Of a stretch of DNA of 64,000 bases, positions 13,501 to 25,757 are shown piece after piece. The DNA comes from Octopus vulgaris. Taxonomy: Eukaryota. Each line of letters opens with the position of its first letter. Positions within the stretch are counted from its first letter, which is position 1. The translations under genes were made by a program, and so were the position numbers. The notes below the pieces were generated by a model that saw nothing but the letters and a program-made list of their open reading frames with translations, was not told the origin of the DNA and made no database searches. The DNA lies in contig OX597841.1 in assembly GCA_951406725.2 (NCBI GenBank), forward strand, positions 23,560,001 through 23,624,000, read 5' to 3'.

Positions 13501-14715
13501 AGCAACAGCAACAACAAAAACAAAGAGGGACACATTTAATGAGATAGTCCTCAATACACCATGTTTGAATATATGTCCAGATGATCAAACTTAGAACACT
13601 TCTGATCCAGGGGTCTTGCAGATTGACCTAAGACTAGCAACAGCAACAACAAAAACAAAGAAGGACACATTTATTGAGATAGTCCTTGATACACCATATT
13701 TGAATATAAGTCCAGATAATCCGAGTCAGAACACTTCTGATCCAGGGGTCTTGCAGATTGACCTAAGACTAGCAACAGCAACAACAAAAACAAAGAGGGA
13801 CACATTTATTGAGATAGTCCTCAATACACCATGTTTGAATATATGTCCAGATGATCAAACTTAGAACACTTCTGATCCAGGGGTCTTGCAGATTGACCTA
13901 AGACTAGCAACAGCAACAACAAAAACAAAGAAGGACACATTTATTGAGATAGTCCTTGATACACCATATTTGAATATATGTCCAGATGATCAAACTTAGA
14001 ACACTTCTGATCCAGGGGTCTTGCAGATTGACCTAAGACTAGCAACAGCAACAACAAAAACAAAGAAGGACACATTTATTGAGATAGTCCTTGATACACC
14101 ATATTTGAATATAAGTCCAGATAATCCGAGTCAGAACACTTCTGATCCAGGGGTCTTGCAGATTGACCTAAGACTAGCAACAGCAACAACAAAAACAAAG
14201 AGGGACACATTTATTGAGATAGTCCTCAATACACCATGTTTGAATATATGTCCAGATGATCAAACTTAGAACACTTCTGATCCAGGGGTCTTGCAGATTG
14301 ACCTAAGACTAGCAACAGCAACAACAAAAACAAAGAGGGACACATTTAATGAGATAGTCCTCAATACACCATGTTTGAATATATGTCCAGATGATCAAAC
14401 TTAGAACACTTCTGATCCAGGGGTCTTGTAGATTGACCTAAGACTAGCAACAGCAACAACAAAAACAAAGAAGGACACATTTATTGAGATAGTCCTTGAT
14501 ACACCATATTTGAATATAAGTCCAGATAATCCGAGTCAGAACACTTCTGATCCAGGGGTCTTGCAGATTGACCTAAGACTAGCAACAGCAACAACAAAAA
14601 CAAAGAAGGACACATTTATTGAGATAGTCCTTGATACACCATGTTTGAATATAAGTCCAGATAATCCGAGTCAGAACACTTCTGATCCAGGGGTCTTGCA
14701 GATTGACCTAAGACT
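7571..14715 (+). repeat. 135-bp tandem satellite, ~53 highly homogeneous units
   Basis: Unit AACAAAGAGGGACACATTTAATGAGATAGTCCTCAATACACC...GACCTAAGACTAGCAACAGCAACAACAAA. One 2-bp deletion near 9552. Confidence 0.98.
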
Positions 14716-15204
14716 TAAAAACAACCGTGAGGTCATCAACAACAAAAGCCAACAGTCCAGTCACAATGGCAACGCACAAAGACACCAGCAGCCATGAAAG
14801 AGGCTTGGCTTCCAAATAGTCCCAGTTTAATCTGTAAATAGCCGGAAACCACTTGAAATATTTCAAAGTACTTAACAATTGCATAAATCCAATACTTTCG
14901 TTTCCTTTTTCTGTACAGTGTTATGTATCTGCGCCTGTCACGAGGGCGATCTGAGCTGCTTGGGGGCTTCTTTTTGTGGGTTGCTGAATGTTGGATAAGT
15001 GTATGAAAGAAGGAAAGAGCCTCTAGGTGGTTGGTTAGTTGGTTAGTTTGACATGCTAAAAATAGCAGGTGAATTTTAGAGTAAACACATATTGCATTCC
15101 TCGAAAAAAAAAAAAAACTAGGACATATCCGAGAGAGCCGTTCTTATGTACAGGAAAAGACCAAAAGTCACGTACCAAAACATTCAACATTTTTATCTAT
15201 ACTC

Positions 15205-15908
15205 TTTTACTCTTTTACTCTTTTACTTGTTTCAGTCATTTGACTGCGGCCATGCTGGAGCACCGCCTTTAGTCGAGCAAATCGACCCCGGGACTTATTC
15301 TTTATAAGCCCAGTACTTATTCTATCAGTCTCTTTTGCCGAACCGCTAAGTGACGGGGATGTAAACACACCAGCATCGGTTGTCAAGCAATGCTAGGGGG
15401 ACAAACACAGACACACAAACACACACACACACATACATATATATATATACATATATACGATGGGCTTCTTTCAGTTTCCGTCTACCAAATCCACTCACAC
15501 TCCTTACCACACAGCCACTCTTTTACTCTTTTACTCTTTTACTTGTTTCAGTCATTTGACTGTGGCCATGCTGGAGCACCGCCTTTAGTCGAGCAAATCG
15601 ACCCCGGGACTTATTCTTTGTAAGCCAAGTACTTATTCTATCAGTCTCTTTTGCCGAACCGCTAAGTGACGGGGACGTAAACACACCAGCATCAGTTGTC
15701 AAGCAATGCTAGGGGGACAAACACAGACACACAAACACACACACATACACATATATATATATGTTTCCGTCTACCAAATCCACTCACAAGGCATTGGTCG
15801 GCCTGGGCTATAGCAGAAGACACTTGCCCAAGATGCCACGCAGTGGGACTGAACCCGGAACCATGTGGTTGTTTAGCAAGCTACTTACCACACAGCCACT
15901 CCTGTGCC
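15205..15908 (-). mobile_element. Two tandem SINE A copies (one head-truncated)
   Basis: Reverse complement of the 20901-21310 element with (GTAAAAGA)n tail. Confidence 0.85.
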
Positions 15909-15936
15909 TGTTATTATTATTATTATTATTATTATT

Positions 15937-16090
15937 CTATGTTTGACTTTTGCTTTATATTTGTACAAGTTGGCTCCAAGTCTCACCCAGAGACCTCAAG
16001 AGACAACAGGTTGGAAGTTCACGTTGTTGTTATGCCTAGTGTGCCATATATTTGGGTTTTTTGGGGGGTGTTGTACTAGTGAATGTCTAA

Positions 16091-16129
<39 letters not shown>

Positions 16130-16744
16130 AATAAAATTTTAAAAAATTGTTTGTTTTAAACCTTGAGATTACATAGAAAGTATTTTGCGTAGGATATGAG
16201 CAGTTCCCATGAGCACTATCTTTTCTTTTATTATAATTATTATTATTATTATCATTATTATTATTATTCTGTTTGACTTTTGCTTTATATTTGTACAAGT
16301 TGGCTCCAAGTCTCACTCAGAGACCTCAAGAGACAACAGGTTGGTAGTTCATGTTGTTGTTATGCCTAGTGTGCCATATATTTGGGGTTTTTTTTGGTGA
16401 ATGCCCCCAAAAAAATAAAAACGAAAATTATGTTTGTTTTAAACCCTGAGATTACATAGAAAGTATTTTGCGTAGGATATGAGCAGTTCCCATGAGCACT
16501 ATCTTTTGAATTTCTGCCATTTTGGGGTTTCCTGGTATCTGAGTTAGGTAGCAATCAGCCCCTTTCGTTATCATTCCCAGGGCACCTATGACAACAGGTA
16601 TTATTTTAGTTTTCAGGTTCCACATTTTGCTGAGTTCTATTTCAAGATCTTTATATTTGCTCAGTTTTTGGTAGGTCTTGACAGATACGTTTATATCGAT
16701 TGGGACAGTCATATCAATGAGGAGGTATGTTCTTTGTCTGAAGT
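15937..16744 (-). pseudogene. Two 5'-truncated R4/Dong-like non-LTR retrotransposon 3' ends (RLE C-terminus + 3'UTR) in (TAA)n
   Basis: ORF 16452-16712 (..VPIDINV..K..KYKDLEIE..KMW....IPVVIGALG) is the C-terminal half of a restriction-like endonuclease. Both copies are flanked by (ATT)n. Confidence 0.8.
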
Positions 16745-16755
16745 TTATTATTATA

Positions 16756-16853
<98 letters not shown>

Positions 16854-16884
16854 GGTGGCGATCTGGCTGAATTGTTAGCATGCT

Positions 16885-17389
16885 GGACCTGTGAACAACA
16901 GTGTTCCAATACCATGTTACCTTAGGTCAAGAGGGGACTTTGCGCCATCCACAGATCTGGTCAGTAGGTTGTCCCTTGGAAACCTCCTGTTGTTTTTCAC
17001 ATCATGTGATGCTATATCCCACCCCTATTTCGTCAAAAGCTTTGTGTAATACATTTCTAAATCTCTGTCCATTCGCAGGATTTTTAAGCTTCCAAACCCT
17101 TCACCTCCAAGCTGGTCGTCATCTGGGCATCCATTTAACCCCGATCCTGAAGTCGCTAACTACTAGTCTATGTTGAGGGGTACATTCTTCACCTGGGAAG
17201 GTTTTGGCATTTATAAGCAGCCATATTTCCCTTTTTCTGGCAAGGATGTAGTCAATTTGGCTGGTATGTGTACCAGATTAGTAGGTGACTAGGTGACTGG
17301 TAGGTTCCCTGTAGTTAGTGTTGCAAACCATAAGATCATTTGCATCGCAGAACTCCAGCAGCCTGGTTCCCTCCTCACTGCGAGAGTCA
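16885..17389 (-). pseudogene. RTE-clade LINE fragment: APE endonuclease C-terminus and linker, with stops
   Basis: Manual translation: EEGTRLLEFCDANDLMVCNTNYREPTSHLVTY*SGTHTSQIDYILARK...KTFPGEECTPQHRLVVSDF...VWKLK...KVTWYWNTVV. Confidence 0.85.
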
Positions 17390-17504
17390 AAACCATATAT
17401 ATGTACATATATACCAACACACAAACATATACACTATACATATACTTATACATACACATATGGACAGATATTTATACATATATATATCTATATCTATCTA
17501 TCTA

Positions 17505-17574
<70 letters not shown>

Positions 17575-17820
17575 TGTATAAATATGCATTTGCGTGTCCA
17601 CGTGTAATTATTTAATTATTTACAATGAAGCTTACTTATATAATTAGAAAATTATATAATTTTCAAAATCGTATTATAAATACTCACACAAGAGTAGACT
17701 CTAAATGAAGAGTGGAGAGGGGGAGGAGTATCTAGGCAAGACATTGACCTGTTGAAACTATTTCTATCCAAGGAAAGATAAAATTATAACTTTTTATATA
17801 CACACATAAATATACATACA

Positions 17821-17861
<41 letters not shown>

Positions 17862-17874
17862 GTATATGTATATA

Positions 17875-17935
<61 letters not shown>

Positions 17936-18066
17936 GTATATATATATATGTCACTTGTTTATGTGAGACCCTGCAAAGCTAGGACAATATCTATATCTAT
18001 TTTTAAAAAAAATTATATATATATATACACACACACACACACATACACACACATATATGTATACGC

Positions 18067-18102
<36 letters not shown>

Positions 18103-18314
18103 AGAGTGGCTGTGTGATAAGAAGCTTGCTTCCCTACCACATGGTTCCAAGTTCAGTCCCACTGTGTAGCATCCTGAGAAAGTATCATCTACTATAATCT
18201 GGGCCAACGAAGGCCTCGTGAGTTAGTTTGGTAGATGGAAACTGAAAGAAGCCCACAGTGTGTATATATATGCATAAGCAAAACTTAAGTTAGTTAAAGT
18301 ATATTAGTGATATA

Positions 18315-18710
18315 GGCAGCGAGCTGACAGAATCGTTAGCACGCCAGGCAAAATGCATAGCCGTATTTCGTCTGCCGTTACGTTCTGGGTTCATATTCCG
18401 CCGAGGTCGACTTTGCCATTCATCCTTTCGGGGTCAATAAATTAAGTACCAGTTACGCACTGGGGTCGATGTAATCGACTTAATCCGTTTGTCTGTCCTT
18501 GTCTGTCTCCTCTATGTTTAGCCCCTTGTGGGTAGTAAAGAAATAGGTATTTCGTCTGCCGCTACGTTCTGAGTTTAAATTCCGCCGAGGTCGACTTTGC
18601 CATTCATCCTTTCGGGGTCGATAAATTAAGTACCAGTTACGCACTTAATCCGTTTGTCTGCCCTTGTCTGTCCTCTCTGTGAATAAACCCTTTGTGGGTA
18701 GTAAAGAAAT
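18315..18710 (+). mobile_element. SINE C with tandem duplication of its 3' two-thirds
   Basis: Same sequence as 2704-2935, restarting at 18547. The same dimer form occurs at 41560-41967(-). Confidence 0.85.
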
Positions 18711-18749
18711 ATATATTAGTGACATATTTCAACTGCTAAAAAATAAATA

Positions 18750-18933
18750 CATTGTAGTTACTGTGAAGAAAATATCTCTCTTATGATAAAAGGCGTGAAA
18801 AGGTGTTGCCATTTATGAGGAACCCTTGACGACGATGTTTCGTGCTTATTGACCCTTGTCAATGGGATATAGATGGTGACAGTGAAGAGATTTTTACCAT
18901 AAGAGAGATATTTTGTCCATGGTAACTGCAGTG
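18750..18933. mobile_element. MITE with ~40-bp imperfect TIRs
   Basis: CATTGTAGTTACTGTGAAGAAAATATCTCTCTTATGATAAAA versus the reverse complement of the right end, CACTGCAGTTACCATGGACAAAATATCTCTCTTATGGTAAAA. Confidence 0.65.
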
Positions 18934-19054
18934 TGTTTGCCTTTTTGCAAGTGAAATGTGTCACAAACATATGTTAACTAACCTAAATTTGACTTATGCC
19001 CAAATACTGCTTAGCATTGAACATTTCAACATATATATATATACATATATATAC

Positions 19055-19131
<77 letters not shown>

Positions 19132-19154
19132 TATATATTTATACATATATATAC

Positions 19155-19230
<76 letters not shown>

Positions 19231-19499
19231 TTATACATATATATATATATATAACGATGAATAGCTTAGCATAAACCATGGTTCGTTTTGTTCCCATACT
19301 TTATTATCATCTTATAATCATCTCATAATAATGACTTTTATGACTCGTATTACTACCTCAGTCAATCTAAATGTATATATTTGTCGTTACCTGTCATAAA
19401 TAGCTTTTTTTTATTTGCAATATGCATTTTCATTGATTTTTCATATTTTACCCTTACATTTCCACGTGTATTTTCTATTTTCTTTTCGTAACATATTTC

Positions 19500-19550
<51 letters not shown>

Positions 19551-19555
<5 letters not shown>

Positions 19556-19660
19556 ATTACTTTATATAATTAGGGTTCAGCAAAAAAATTTGCTTTACCA
19601 CATACCGAACTGGTAAAGCAAATTTTTTTGCTGAACCCTGATTATATAAAGTAATGTTTA
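19551..19660. repeat. Inverted repeat, 50-bp arms (49/50 match), 10-nt loop
   Basis: Arms at 19551-19600 and 19611-19660; loop CATACCGAAC. Confidence 0.92.
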
Positions 19661-19754
19661 AATGTACCGTAAATGGTCCTTTTACATACTGAACACTACT
19701 TGGTAAAATTATTAATTACTAGTTAATTAATTAATTTTACCCTTATTATTATTG

Positions 19755-19969
<215 letters not shown>

Positions 19970-20036
19970 CACATCTATATACATCTATATATATATGTAT
20001 ATATATTTTATTTTCTCTCCTTGTTTCTTTCTGTGT

Positions 20037-20076
20037 GTCTTTCTGTTGAAGAGCGTAGGCTCGAAACATTAAAAAC
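20037..20076 (+). ncRNA. Degenerate Penelope-type minimal hammerhead motif
   Basis: GTCTTT CTGTTGA A GAGC-gtag-GCTC GAAAC ATT AAAAAC; same family as 34331 and 39979. Confidence 0.5.
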
Positions 20077-20865
20077 TTTTCCACTTCCCGAGCATTATAC
20101 TAATACATCTGTTTGTTATCTATACCACCTGTCTTCGTCTTTTGTTTTTTTGTGAATGCTCCCTATATATGTGGACGTACAGGTGAATACATGTACATGC
20201 ATATATACGTGTGTATGTACTTATATATATATATATACAAATTTTCTCAACTTTGTATACAACTTACAAACGTACTTTATTTCATCACTTTATTTACATT
20301 GTACTTTCCTCCATAATCTCCAATTTAATTTATTCATTCAATACCCTAACTCTATTTACCTACTCTATATTTCCTCCAACCAACCTGCCAACCCCTCGCT
20401 CAAACACATATAAACCATCATCATCATCATCATCATCATCATCGTTTAACGTCCGCTTCCCATGCTAGCATGGGTTGGACGGTTCAACTGGGGTCTGGGA
20501 AGCCAGGAGGCTGCACCAGGCTCCGGTCTGATCTGGCAGTGTTTCTACAGCTGGATGCCCTTCCTAACGCCAACCACTCCATGAGTGTAGTGGGTGCTTT
20601 TTACGTGCCACCAGCACAGGTGCCAGACGAGGCTGGCAAACGGCCACGATCGGATTGGTGCTTTTTACGTGCCACCGGCCCGGAGGCCAGTCGGGGAGTC
20701 ACCGGCAATGGCCACGTTCGGATGGTTCTCTTACATGCCACCGGCACTGGTATCACAGCTACAATTTCCATTGATGTTGATCAATTTACAAATCATAAAT
20801 GGTATCATCCAGTCTGCTGTGATGAATCTATAAACAAACCTACAAAAATCCTTAGGGTATTTTAC

Positions 20866-21359
20866 TCCTCTGAAGAGATTATGCTCAGAAATATGAACAT
20901 AGGCGCAGGAGTGGCTGTGTGGTAAGTAGCTTGCTAACCAACCACATGGTTCTGGGTTCAGTCCCATTGCGTGACATTTTGGGCAAGTGTCTTCTGCTAT
21001 AGCCCTGAGCTGACCAATGCCTTGTGAGTGGATTTGGTAGACGGAAACTGAAAGAAGCCTGTCGTATATATGTATATATATATATATATGTATGTGTTTG
21101 TGTGTCTGTGTTTGTCCCCCTAGCATTGCTTGACAACCGATGCTGGTGTGTTTACGTCCCCGTCACTTAGTGGTTCGGCAAAAAGAGACCGATAGAATAA
21201 GTACTGGGCTTACAAAGAATAAGTCCTGGGGTCGAGTTGCTCGATTAAAGGCGGTGCTCCAGCATGGCCGCAGTCAAATGACTGAAACAAGTAAAAGAGA
21301 GAGTAAAGAGTTAATATTTGATTAATTTCACTGCATATAACCGAAACAGCTGTAAGGGA
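20866..21359 (+). ncRNA. Hammerhead motif split by a SINE A insertion
   Basis: TCCT CTGAAGA GATTATGC..GAAAT [SINE 20901-21310] ATTTC..GCATATAACC GAAA CAGCTG TA AGGG. Confidence 0.55.
20901..21310 (+). mobile_element. Full-length SINE A (~400 bp: tRNA head, CORE-like block, internal (TA)/(TG) microsatellite, (GTAAAAGA)n tail)
   Basis: Reference copy. More than 20 related copies, e.g. 21640-22052(-), 22086-22500(+), 36228-36563(+), 37935-38350(-), 40125-40546(-), 47483-47946(-), 49765-50170(+), 55553-55890(+), 58261-59170(+), 61235-61620(-). Confidence 0.9.
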
Positions 21360-22051
21360 TAACGATTGATTTGTTGTTGATTATAAACTCTTATTAATTT
21401 CACCATCTCCATTTTCTTCTTCTTCCTTTATATAAATATAAACTACAGTTTATAAATAAACCTATTATTTTAAGGAAATCAATTCCCCCAAAATATTAGG
21501 TACTGAATCAGTATTTCCTTAGATGACACCATCCCTTCATGAGGCTAATATAAGCATTAATCGAATTTATATATATTTATGTGTGTGTGTGTGTATGTAT
21601 GTGTGTATATAAATATATATATATATATATATATTCTTTTATTCTCTTATTCTTTTACTTGTTTCAGTCATTTGACTGCGGCCATGCTGGAGCATCGCCT
21701 TTAATCGAGCAACTCGACCCCGGGACTTATTCTTTTGTAAGCCCAGTACTTAATTTATCGGTCTGTTTTGCCGAACAGCTAAGTAACGGGGACATAAACA
21801 CACCAGCATCAGTTGTCAAGCAATGCTAGGAGGACAAACACAGACACAAACACACACGCATATATATATATCTATATATATATATATATATATACGACAG
21901 GCTTCTTTCAGTTTCCGTCTACCAAATCCACTCACAATGCTTTGGTCGGCCCGAGGCTATAGTAGAAGAGACTTGCCCAAGGTGCCACGCAGTGGGACTG
22001 AACCCGGAACCATGTGGTTGGTAAACAAGCTATCTACCACACAGCCACTCC

Positions 22052-22082
<31 letters not shown>

Positions 22083-22249
22083 AGTAGGTGCAGGAGTGGC
22101 TGTGTGGTAAGTAGCTTGTTTACCAACCACATGGTTTCAGGTTCAGTCCCACTGCGTGGCACCTTGGGCAAGTGTCTTCTACTATAGCCTCGGGCCGACC
22201 AAAGCCTTGTGAGTGGATTTGGTAGACGGAAACTTAAAGAAGCCTGTCG

Positions 22250-22282
<33 letters not shown>

Positions 22283-22538
22283 GTATGTGTGTGTGTGTTT
22301 GTGTGTCTCTGTTTTTTTCCCCCAACATCGCTTGACAATCGATAACGGTGTGTTTACGTCCCTGTAACTTAGTGGTCTGGCAAAAGAAACTGATAAAATA
22401 AGTACTAGGCTTACAAAGAATAAGTCCTGGGGTCGATTTGCTTGACTAAAGGCGGTACTCCAGCATGGCCACAGTCAAATGACTGAAACAAGTAAAAGAA
22501 AAAAAACGAAAATAAAAGAAAAAATATGTATATATATT

Positions 22539-22569
<31 letters not shown>

Positions 22570-23103
22570 TTTTGCATCCGTGTTTGTTCACCACTACTGC
22601 TTGACAACACCCTCGGTTTTAGGCTTAGTGGATCGGAACTGACCCGGGGCTAAACAGTAATGAAAACTGCCATAAAAGCACATTACGTAATGTAGTCATA
22701 GATACACATATGTCCTAAAAAAAACTTTAGGATGGTCACAGCTGACAAACTTTTGCTAAAGGGTGGATTTCATGAGGACCAAACCTAGATGATGACAGCG
22801 GCAGCGATGACAACAACCCCTCCCCCACCACATACACACACACACACACCCACATACGGACACACAGGGACATCTGCACGCACACACCACACATGTATAT
22901 ATATATATATGTATATGAAGTAGGTCATGTGAACTACATTGAAGCGCTGTGATTGGTTGTTTGCAGCAATTATGTAAATATCCGTCTTCAGTTCAGGGGA
23001 ATAAATAATTAAGATATCACACTGTGATTGGTTTACAAGGCTTTGACTGCTTCGGTTCAGCCGTTGCTGGTTGGTGTTGGTGCTTTTGTTACTTTTGGAA
23101 AAT

Positions 23104-23162
<59 letters not shown>

Positions 23163-24379
23163 GAGTGAGAGAGCAGTGCATGCCATCAAAGTGACACTGG
23201 GTTAAAATATACGAAGCTCATTATACCCATCATGACTAACCATCTGATAAGGGTGCACTAGGCACATGCATCACAACCATATGTGCGCAACATGGTGATC
23301 TCATATCAAGATAAACAGCGCATGACCTTACAGGTGGGGCCCAGTTAGAATTTTCATTATTATTATTATTATTATTGAGTGAGAGAGCAGTGCATGCCAT
23401 CAAAGTGACACTGGGTTAAAATATACGAAGCTCATTATACCCATCATGACTAACCATCTGATAAGGGTGCACTAGGCACATGCATCACAACCATATATGC
23501 ACAACATGGTGATTTCATATCAAGATAAACAGCGCATGACCCTGCAGGTGGGGCCCAGTTAGAATTTTCATTATTATTATTATTGTTATTATTATTATTA
23601 TTATTGAGTGAGAGAGCAGTGCATGCCATCAAAGTGACACTGGGGTAAAATATACGAAGCCCAGTACACCCATCATGACTACCCATCTGATAAGGATACA
23701 CTAGACACATGCATCACAACCATGTGTGCATGACATGGTGATTTCATATCAAGATAAACAGTGCATGACTTTGCAGGTGGGGCCCAGTTAGAATTTTCAT
23801 TATTATTATTATTATTATTATTGAATGAGAGAGCAGTGCATGCCATCAGAGTGACACTGGGGTAAAATATACGAAGCCCAATATACCCATCATGACTACC
23901 CGTCTGATAAGGGTACACCATGTACATGCATCACAACCATATGTGCATGACATGGTGATCTCATATCAAGATATACTGCATATGACCTTGCAGGTGGGGG
24001 CCCAGTTAGAATTTTCTTCTGGTCGAGTAGCTCATCCCACTCAAAAGGTCCCTGAATAAGTGTTGTTTAAGGATGTTGAATGAACCACCCATGTTTCCAA
24101 AGGAGAATTATCCAAACCTCTAAGAATTCCTTTCAACACATGGCTATGATGTACTCCCACTACTTCTGCTCATGATCAGAGATGCATATATCATCAGCCA
24201 CCAAGGGACATCGTCAATTGGCTAAGGTCAAACAACTGACAAGCAAATCTGTGGTACTGAGCAGAATATTTGCTGTAGCCCATCTTTTATACCAAGACAA
24301 AACAATGTACATGATAACACTTCCAATTAGTTAAGATCAGAAGCCATAAATCCTACTGTCTGGTACTGCATCAGGGCAT

Positions 24380-24410
<31 letters not shown>

Positions 24411-25263
24411 TATTAGTATTATTATTATTACTATTGAGTGAGAGAGCAGTGCACGCCATCAAAGTGACACTGGGGTAAAAATATACGAAGCCCATTATAC
24501 CCATCATGACTACATGTCTGATAAGGGTACACCAAGCACATGCATCACAACCATATGTGCACGACATGGTGATCTCAGATCAAGATAAACTGCACATGAC
24601 CTTGCAGGTGGGGCCCAGTTAGAATTTTCTTCAGGATGAAGGCCCATTGATCTCAAAAGGTCCCTGAATAAGGTTTGTTTAAAGATGATGAATGAAACAC
24701 CCATGTTTCCAGAGGTGAATTATCCAAACCTCAAAGAAACCCTCTCAACACACGGCTGTGATGCTCCCCCACTACTTCTGCTCGTGATCAGAGATGCACA
24801 AATCGTCAGTCACTAAGGGACATGCTCAACTAGTTATGGCCAAGTGTGGAGGTGCAATGGCCCAGTGGTTAGGGCAGCGGACTCGCGGTTTCGATTCCCA
24901 GACCAGGCGTTGTGAGTGTTTATTCAGCGAAAACACCTAAAAGCTCCACGAGGCTCCGGCAGGGGCTGGTGGTGATCCCTGCTGTACTCTTTCACCACAA
25001 CTTTCTCTCACTCTTACTTCCTGTTTCTGTTGTATCTGTATTTCAAGGGGCCGGCCTTGTCACTCTCTGTGTCACGCTGAATATCCCCGAGAACTACGTT
25101 AAGGGTGCATGTGTCTGTGGAGTGCTCAGCCACTTAGACGTTAATTTCACGAGCAGGCTGTTCCGTTGATTTGGATCAACCGGAACCCTCATCGTTGTAA
25201 CCGACGGAGTGCTTCCATGGCCAAGCAACTGACAAGCAAATCTGTGGTATTGAGCAGAATATT
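23163..25263 (-). mobile_element. Cluster of five copies of a non-coding (TAA)n-associated element X (three ~193-bp, one full ~558-bp, one SINE-interrupted)
   Basis: Copies start GA(G/A)TGAGAGAGCAGTG at 23163, 23377, 23606, 23823 and 24436, each preceded by (ATT)n. The full copy ends CATCAGGGCATT at 24380. Confidence 0.8.
24845..25216 (+). mobile_element. SINE D with second 3' module, inserted into element X
   Basis: 9-bp TSD ATGGCCAAG at 24836-24844 and 25217-25225; element X resumes after the TSD. Confidence 0.85.
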
Positions 25264-25718
25264 TACTGGTTGGATAACAGCCATAGTTTAAGATAGTCCT
25301 GCTTTGAAATACAACCAGATTGTATATTTATATACTCCTGACAGGACCCTTTGGATAAGGTGCCAGAAGATTCTTCCACCAACACCCTTCCAGGGATAGT
25401 TCACAAAAAAGACCGATGAATGGACGAATGGATGGATGGATGGAACAAAAACAGCATTTAGAAATAGGCAAACGAACAGCTAAATTTTAAACGGCTTTAA
25501 TTAGGGTGTAGCTTTTAATCTATTAATTTTTGACACATTTTTCTCTCCGGATAAATGTCACAAGACAAGAATTACAGGCAAACAAGAACGTTTGTTTATG
25601 TCTTGAGGCTCGTTAAAATGGAATTATATTAAATTACCGTTTCCAATTTCAAGAAGCAAACCATTTTTATAGTTATTTATTTCATACTCCATTTAATTAT
25701 TATCATTATTATTATTAA

Positions 25719-25757
<39 letters not shown>

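Noticed and set aside
3686-14715. Arrays as CRISPR
   Set aside because: No unique spacers, no cas genes, eukaryotic context.
7571-14797. 135-bp (45-codon) array as a repeat protein, since some units replace the TAG with CAG
   Set aside because: Most units have an in-frame stop, a 2-bp deletion shifts the frame at ~9552, the upstream monomer also has TAG, and there are no evident start or splice signals.
18758-18970. 70-aa minus-strand ORF
   Set aside because: Coincides with the MITE inverted repeats; no recognisable motif.
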